A DNA stretch of 64,000 nt, from contig LVLI01000172.1 of NCBI GenBank assembly GCA_001687465.1, positions 62,001-126,000 on the forward strand, written 5' to 3'. The DNA is from Halocafeteria seosinensis (lineage: Eukaryota). Positions 59,540-64,000 of the stretch are shown here, piece after piece (position 1 is the first letter of the stretch; each line of letters opens with the position of its first letter). Under the pieces are notes generated by a model. The model saw nothing but the letters and a program-made list of their open reading frames with translations, made no database searches and was not told the origin of the DNA. The translations under genes were made by a program, and so were the position numbers.

Positions 59540-60553
59540 GCTTGCAAGGGCTGGTTCCCCCCTCCACGTGGAAATCGAAACCAACTTCTCCGCCAACCGA
59601 GAACTCCAACAGAACTTCTACAATAGCGACATCCACCCTGAAGGCAACATCAAATGCTAAAGGGCGTTAAGAGGTGTACGTAAAGGGCATTGGACTCTCC
59701 ACGCTGGTTTAAACAGCGGAGATCTAAAAGGCGGGCAGTCGGGAGAATATCTTGGACAACTTCCTCCTCCGCTGCCTTCTACCTCGTCGCATACAGGGCT
59801 ACCAGTCAACTGAGTACCCCATCAAGATGACAAGCGATGCATACACCCAGACGGAATGTATCTACGTGGTACTTACTGGTTTCGCGTGCTGTGTCGACGT
59901 CTCGCTTTGTGCTTAACGACTACGCCGTCTGTTGAAACACAAAACCCCAAGACCTCTATTCACACACAAATAGTGAGAGACAATAGTGTCTCATGACTTA
60001 GGAATGCCACACGTACAATCTGAATCGACCTGGAAGTAGTATACTCCATCTAGATCGCGCACTGAAGGTTGCGACTGCTCTGGGACGCACCGGCTTCCCG
60101 AATCCAGGGCCTTGCGTCGCCTGCGACGGAGCTGCCGCCGAAGGCGCCTTCAACCGATAGACGATAAACACTGCAGTTGGCGTATGGACGCAGAGTGGTG
60201 CGCGGTATACACTACATTTTGTGTGTTTGTCAACACTGCCGACGCGAAAGTGTAATTTGGCTTGGAGTGTAAGAAGCAAGTGAATACGACCTTGCAACCG
60301 CCTTACCGGTAACTGTGGATGACTTCCGGGATCTGTTTATACAACTAGAAAACGAAGCAATACAGGCACTTCCATGGCCCATTCGAGGGAAGCAGTTTCT
60401 GTACTAATTCATTCAAACCGAATAAGCGGTGAGGTATGTCAAGAATCGGAAACAGGGGGTTGTGGAAGGCTTCTTCCACACAGGAAGCGTGCTGGAATGT
60501 GCCAATATAGTTGTACGTCATTCCTATATGCGTTTGTTTCCTTCAGGGAGAAA

Positions 60554-61822
60554 ATGCCGCAGCGAAAAGAGAAAGGGCGAAGTACCTCTGGGGACCAAGG
60601 AGCCCAAGCAAAGAGCAGTGAGAAACATCCCCGTATGAGCTCTAACCTCCTCTGGCAGTGGCGACTTTATCACAGGAGGCGATTCTTCTGGTATCGCTTG
60701 TTTGGTAGGTCTAGTAGGCGACAATTGGCTGCGCCATTTAGTTTTCACTGGATATGGAATTAATTGTTGCAGCTGGTCTCATTGCGGGGATGAACTTCTT
60801 GTTGACAGCATTCGCAACTGCGCTTCCAGCCTGGCTGCTTGCCGAAGTTCCACAGCAGGGACGTCTGAGGCCTGGCCGTGCGGGCTTATTCAATTTTTGC
60901 CTGGATGTAAGTTGTCCCGAACGTACTTAAGGTATGTAAGTGCATTCAGTTTGTACCCTTACTTGCTGCAGGAGGATCCCGAGACTACCCCTGTGCAACT
61001 GATTTCTCAAGACAAATGCAGTACCGTTAAGTGGGTTCTTCGTGCTCGTAAGTGGGTTCAACAGCTTGCGTGCTATCGCTGACGATACTGATACGCCTTC
61101 TGTTATATATCAGAAAATGAAGAGGTATCTAATGACGTATCAACGATTTACATCCTGTACACGGTATCGCGAATAGCTATGCTTTTTTGTCTCCTGGACA
61201 TGCTCATTGTGGTAATTCGCTGTGCCTTTTTCAAGAGTACCGTGCGGTTTGCACCCGACCTGGTTGTAACTGGTAAGGGAACGTTCTCACCATAGCGGAA
61301 GTATTCTTGCTTTTAAGATTTCGACCAAGATGAAATGCAGGAATGATGTACGCGCTCGCCAATGGTTTGTTCATCCATATGGAAACGAAACCCTTTGCAA
61401 CTTTACGGATGTTCCACTTCTTGGGCGCAATCCAATACACTGAAGCAGATAGCGGACAAGGAAGTCTGACGGCTCAGCCGGGTATGCAGTATGATGTCTC
61501 CTGGTATCTGACATGGATGACTATCATTATTCTAATATTAGTGTCCGTGTTCATGTTTTACGCGGGCAAGCATTATGATGAAATGAAGAAAATGGACTTG
61601 TGGTTGGAGTTGAGTGACGCGGTGGATCCCAACCACATCAACAACCCTATACACGGCGATAACCAGCCCTCAGCACCCCAGCAAGCTTCGCACTCGCAAG
61701 GCAACGCATCCCATCAACAAGAGGACAATGCGGAGTCAAAGCAAGTAACGCCAGTCGAGCAAGAGCACGCTCCTGAGGAACAGCGCGCTGAAGAAGGACA
61801 AGCGGCTTCTGCAGAGGCATGA
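60554..61822 (+). CDS. Four-TM claudin/PMP22-superfamily-like membrane protein, copy 1, multi-exon
   Basis: TM1 followed by ALPAWLLAEVPQQGRLRPGRAGLFNFC (W..GL..C pattern); YTVSRI; YDVSWYLTW before TM4. Confidence 0.55.
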
Positions 61823-62107
61823 TTCGGGGACCACCGTAGTTAAATGCTCATATACACGCATTACAGTAATGCACCTCATATTGTTTTGATATGCCGGCGA
61901 CGTGTCTTACCGGATGTAGCCTCTAGACTGTACACTTTACTACGTATTAACATTTAAGCAGTTTCTATGTTATTTCCCTGGCGGAGTTCATTACTCCTGC
62001 TTGCTGAGACAACGTTAAGAGCACGCTAGCGTTGACTGGGTATTATAGAGGCCCGCTTCTCATTGTCTCATCGAGTGGTTCCTGTGGTTCAACGAGGCGA
62101 GTGTTAA

Positions 62108-62223
62108 ATTTCCACTTAGCCGGTAGGCCATAAATAATATACACTACTACCACTGGTACTAGTGCAACTACATTTCCACATAGTCGGTAGGCCATAAATA
62201 ATACACACTACTACTACCCTGGT
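62108..62223. repeat. Two imperfect ~50-nt direct repeats, period 64 nt
   Basis: ATTTCCACTTAGCCGGTAGGCCATAAATAATATACACTACTACCACTGGT (62108) and ATTTCCACATAGTCGGTAGGCCATAAATAATACACACTACTACTACCCTGGT (62172). Confidence 0.85.
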
Positions 62224-62664
62224 GGTGTTGAATAGGAAGATCCCATTGCCAGATTGCATGTACAAAGTGCGGCAGAACAGGCAGATACATACCATGGGTA
62301 TATTTATATACCATCCAGTAAGCGTACATTCCCACAATGAGTAAGGTGACTGCAGATTTAGAAACATCGCCATGTAAAGTTTGATTTGTGGCTGAGGGCA
62401 AGCAATGCAATGCGCCTCCCACTCCGACCGTTTCAGCTTGCTATTGCCCGCGCGGCGCACCGGGGAGCCCGCTTTGCCTTTATGAGTTGGCAAATTGGAC
62501 ATACGTCTAGTAGCAGGCATAGTATAGACTTTGATAGAGTGCAGTTTTTATTTCAGTATTACCAGCCCTTACTGTTGTAGATCTAGAGCGTATAGTCCTT
62601 CCTGAATCAAGGAGGATCAGTGTGGTGTGGCCAGGGGGAGCACAGAGAAGTTGCATTAAGTATA

Positions 62665-63848
62665 ATGGCTCAACAAGAAGAAAACGCAGAAAATGGAGGC
62701 GAGAAGGAAAATAAATCAGGGCATTTCGTTCGCTTATTAGGTATGTGCTGCGTAAGTGTCTCCTAGTGTGAACGTCGATGGTCTATCGTTGTCTTTTGTG
62801 CTGCAGGCATCGTCTTTGCACTACTGTTATTCGCATTGAACGTCATTACTCTCGGTTTACCAGCTTGGTTTGAAGCGGATGTACCCCAAAGCGGGACCAT
62901 CTTCCCTGGGAGGTAAGCATCCACTGTTGATTGCAAGCATGGATGCAACTTATGATACCGGGTATGCACCACTAGAGCAGGGCTGGGCTCCTGCAATTCT
63001 GTGAAGACATTCAAAGGAACGATTCCAACATTGCCGAATTCAACGTAAGCGAGCTTAGTGTAGGGGTCCAAATCATCGTTCTTTTGAAAAATTATCACTG
63101 CACGATGCAGGAGGACACGGACGTTGAGGCTTCCATGACGGATCTTCTGCAAGATTGTAACACCGTTGGTTGGACGCTAGCCTCGGACAAGGATGTCTCG
63201 TCAACTACCCGGCGCATGTACATCCAATACACTGTATCTCGTATCACAATAATCATCGGTATGGTTGTGACGTTCATATCATTCATTCGGTGTATATTCT
63301 GTAAGAAACAACAAGGTTTGCCGGGAGAGTTCCTGCTAGCAGGTAAGTGAAAGCGAAACGTGAACTAGGCATTGGGAATATTTTTCCTCGTTTCTGCGGG
63401 ATTGAGAAAACAGTTATAGCCTATATCCTGACGGGAGCTCTCATGACAGAGATGGAAGCAAATCCTCGGGAAGTACTGCAAATGTTTGACGGTAAGTTGA
63501 ACAGCACTATTTGCATGCCAACATGGATTGCTCAGTAATGACTCTCTGGGATTGGCAGCTCTGGATGCGTTGCACTATGATCCCAGCGAAGACGATGGCG
63601 ATGTGAGTCCTCAACTAAAGTTAGATGTATGCTGGTATATCAATTGGTATGTAGCATGTCCGTTGTATCTATGTCGCCTCGATACGCCTCCCATCCAATA
63701 CGTGTGTCCTGATGACAGGGTGGCGCTCCTGGTATGTCTTCCTGTTATTTTCTTTATGCAAAGAATTGGTAGAAAGAAGAAACATAAAACGACGGAAGCA
63801 AACAAGACTACCCAGGAATCTAGCACTCCGACGATATCTCAAGTTTAA
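62665..63848 (+). CDS. Four-TM claudin/PMP22-superfamily-like membrane protein, copy 2, multi-exon
   Basis: After splicing: GLPAWFEADVPQSGTIFPGR|AGLLQFC, YTVSRITIII and LDVCWYINW. Clear paralog of 60554-61822. Confidence 0.55.
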
Positions 63849-64000
63849 TCCCCAGCCTACGTACTTCTTCGGCGTAACAAACCACAAACGCACAGCATAT
63901 GATCGGATCACTATCACATGATGTTGACGTAGTAACCTTTTCATCATTAGGATGCGCATGGTGGAGTCCCTGCGGCTAACGCCCAGCGTGTTTGTGCCCC

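Noticed and set aside
62108..62223. Possible CRISPR-like repeat-spacer unit
   Set aside because: Only two imperfect copies with a ~14-nt gap, a eukaryotic context and no cas genes.

Overview
Gene-dense eukaryotic nuclear DNA, probably from a unicellular protist; the lineage cannot be fixed from sequence alone. Introns are short (about 60-85 nt, GT-AG), the genetic code is standard, and convergent gene ends are very tight. I can support about 30 genes. Housekeeping genes include porphobilinogen deaminase, L-LDH, RFC2, a class-2 DYRK, a TEY-type MAPK, an EDRF1-like protein, a choline transporter-like protein, an L-type lectin, a UBX/FAF-like protein and YdjC. There are many local duplications (Zn2Cys6 pair, TMEM223-like+WW pair, thioesterase pair, claudin-like pair). 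The standout is a ~1,916-aa, 14-exon gene at 40247-46890. It has 12 ankyrin repeats, each on its own phase-0 exon, spliced to one 4.4-kb intronless exon. That exon encodes a coiled coil, a kinase, a HECT-like domain apparently lacking its catalytic Cys, and an RNF213/ZNFX1-type RZ zinc finger, making it a candidate modular innate-immune sensor-effector. Other highlights: a hAT-transposase-like BED finger fused in frame to a CoA-biosynthesis PPC decarboxylase; a four-copy tandem array of divergent orphan genes sharing a C-terminal LENDLTD motif; and a P450 lacking the I-helix acid-alcohol pair. All exon models and family calls were made by eye, without database searches.
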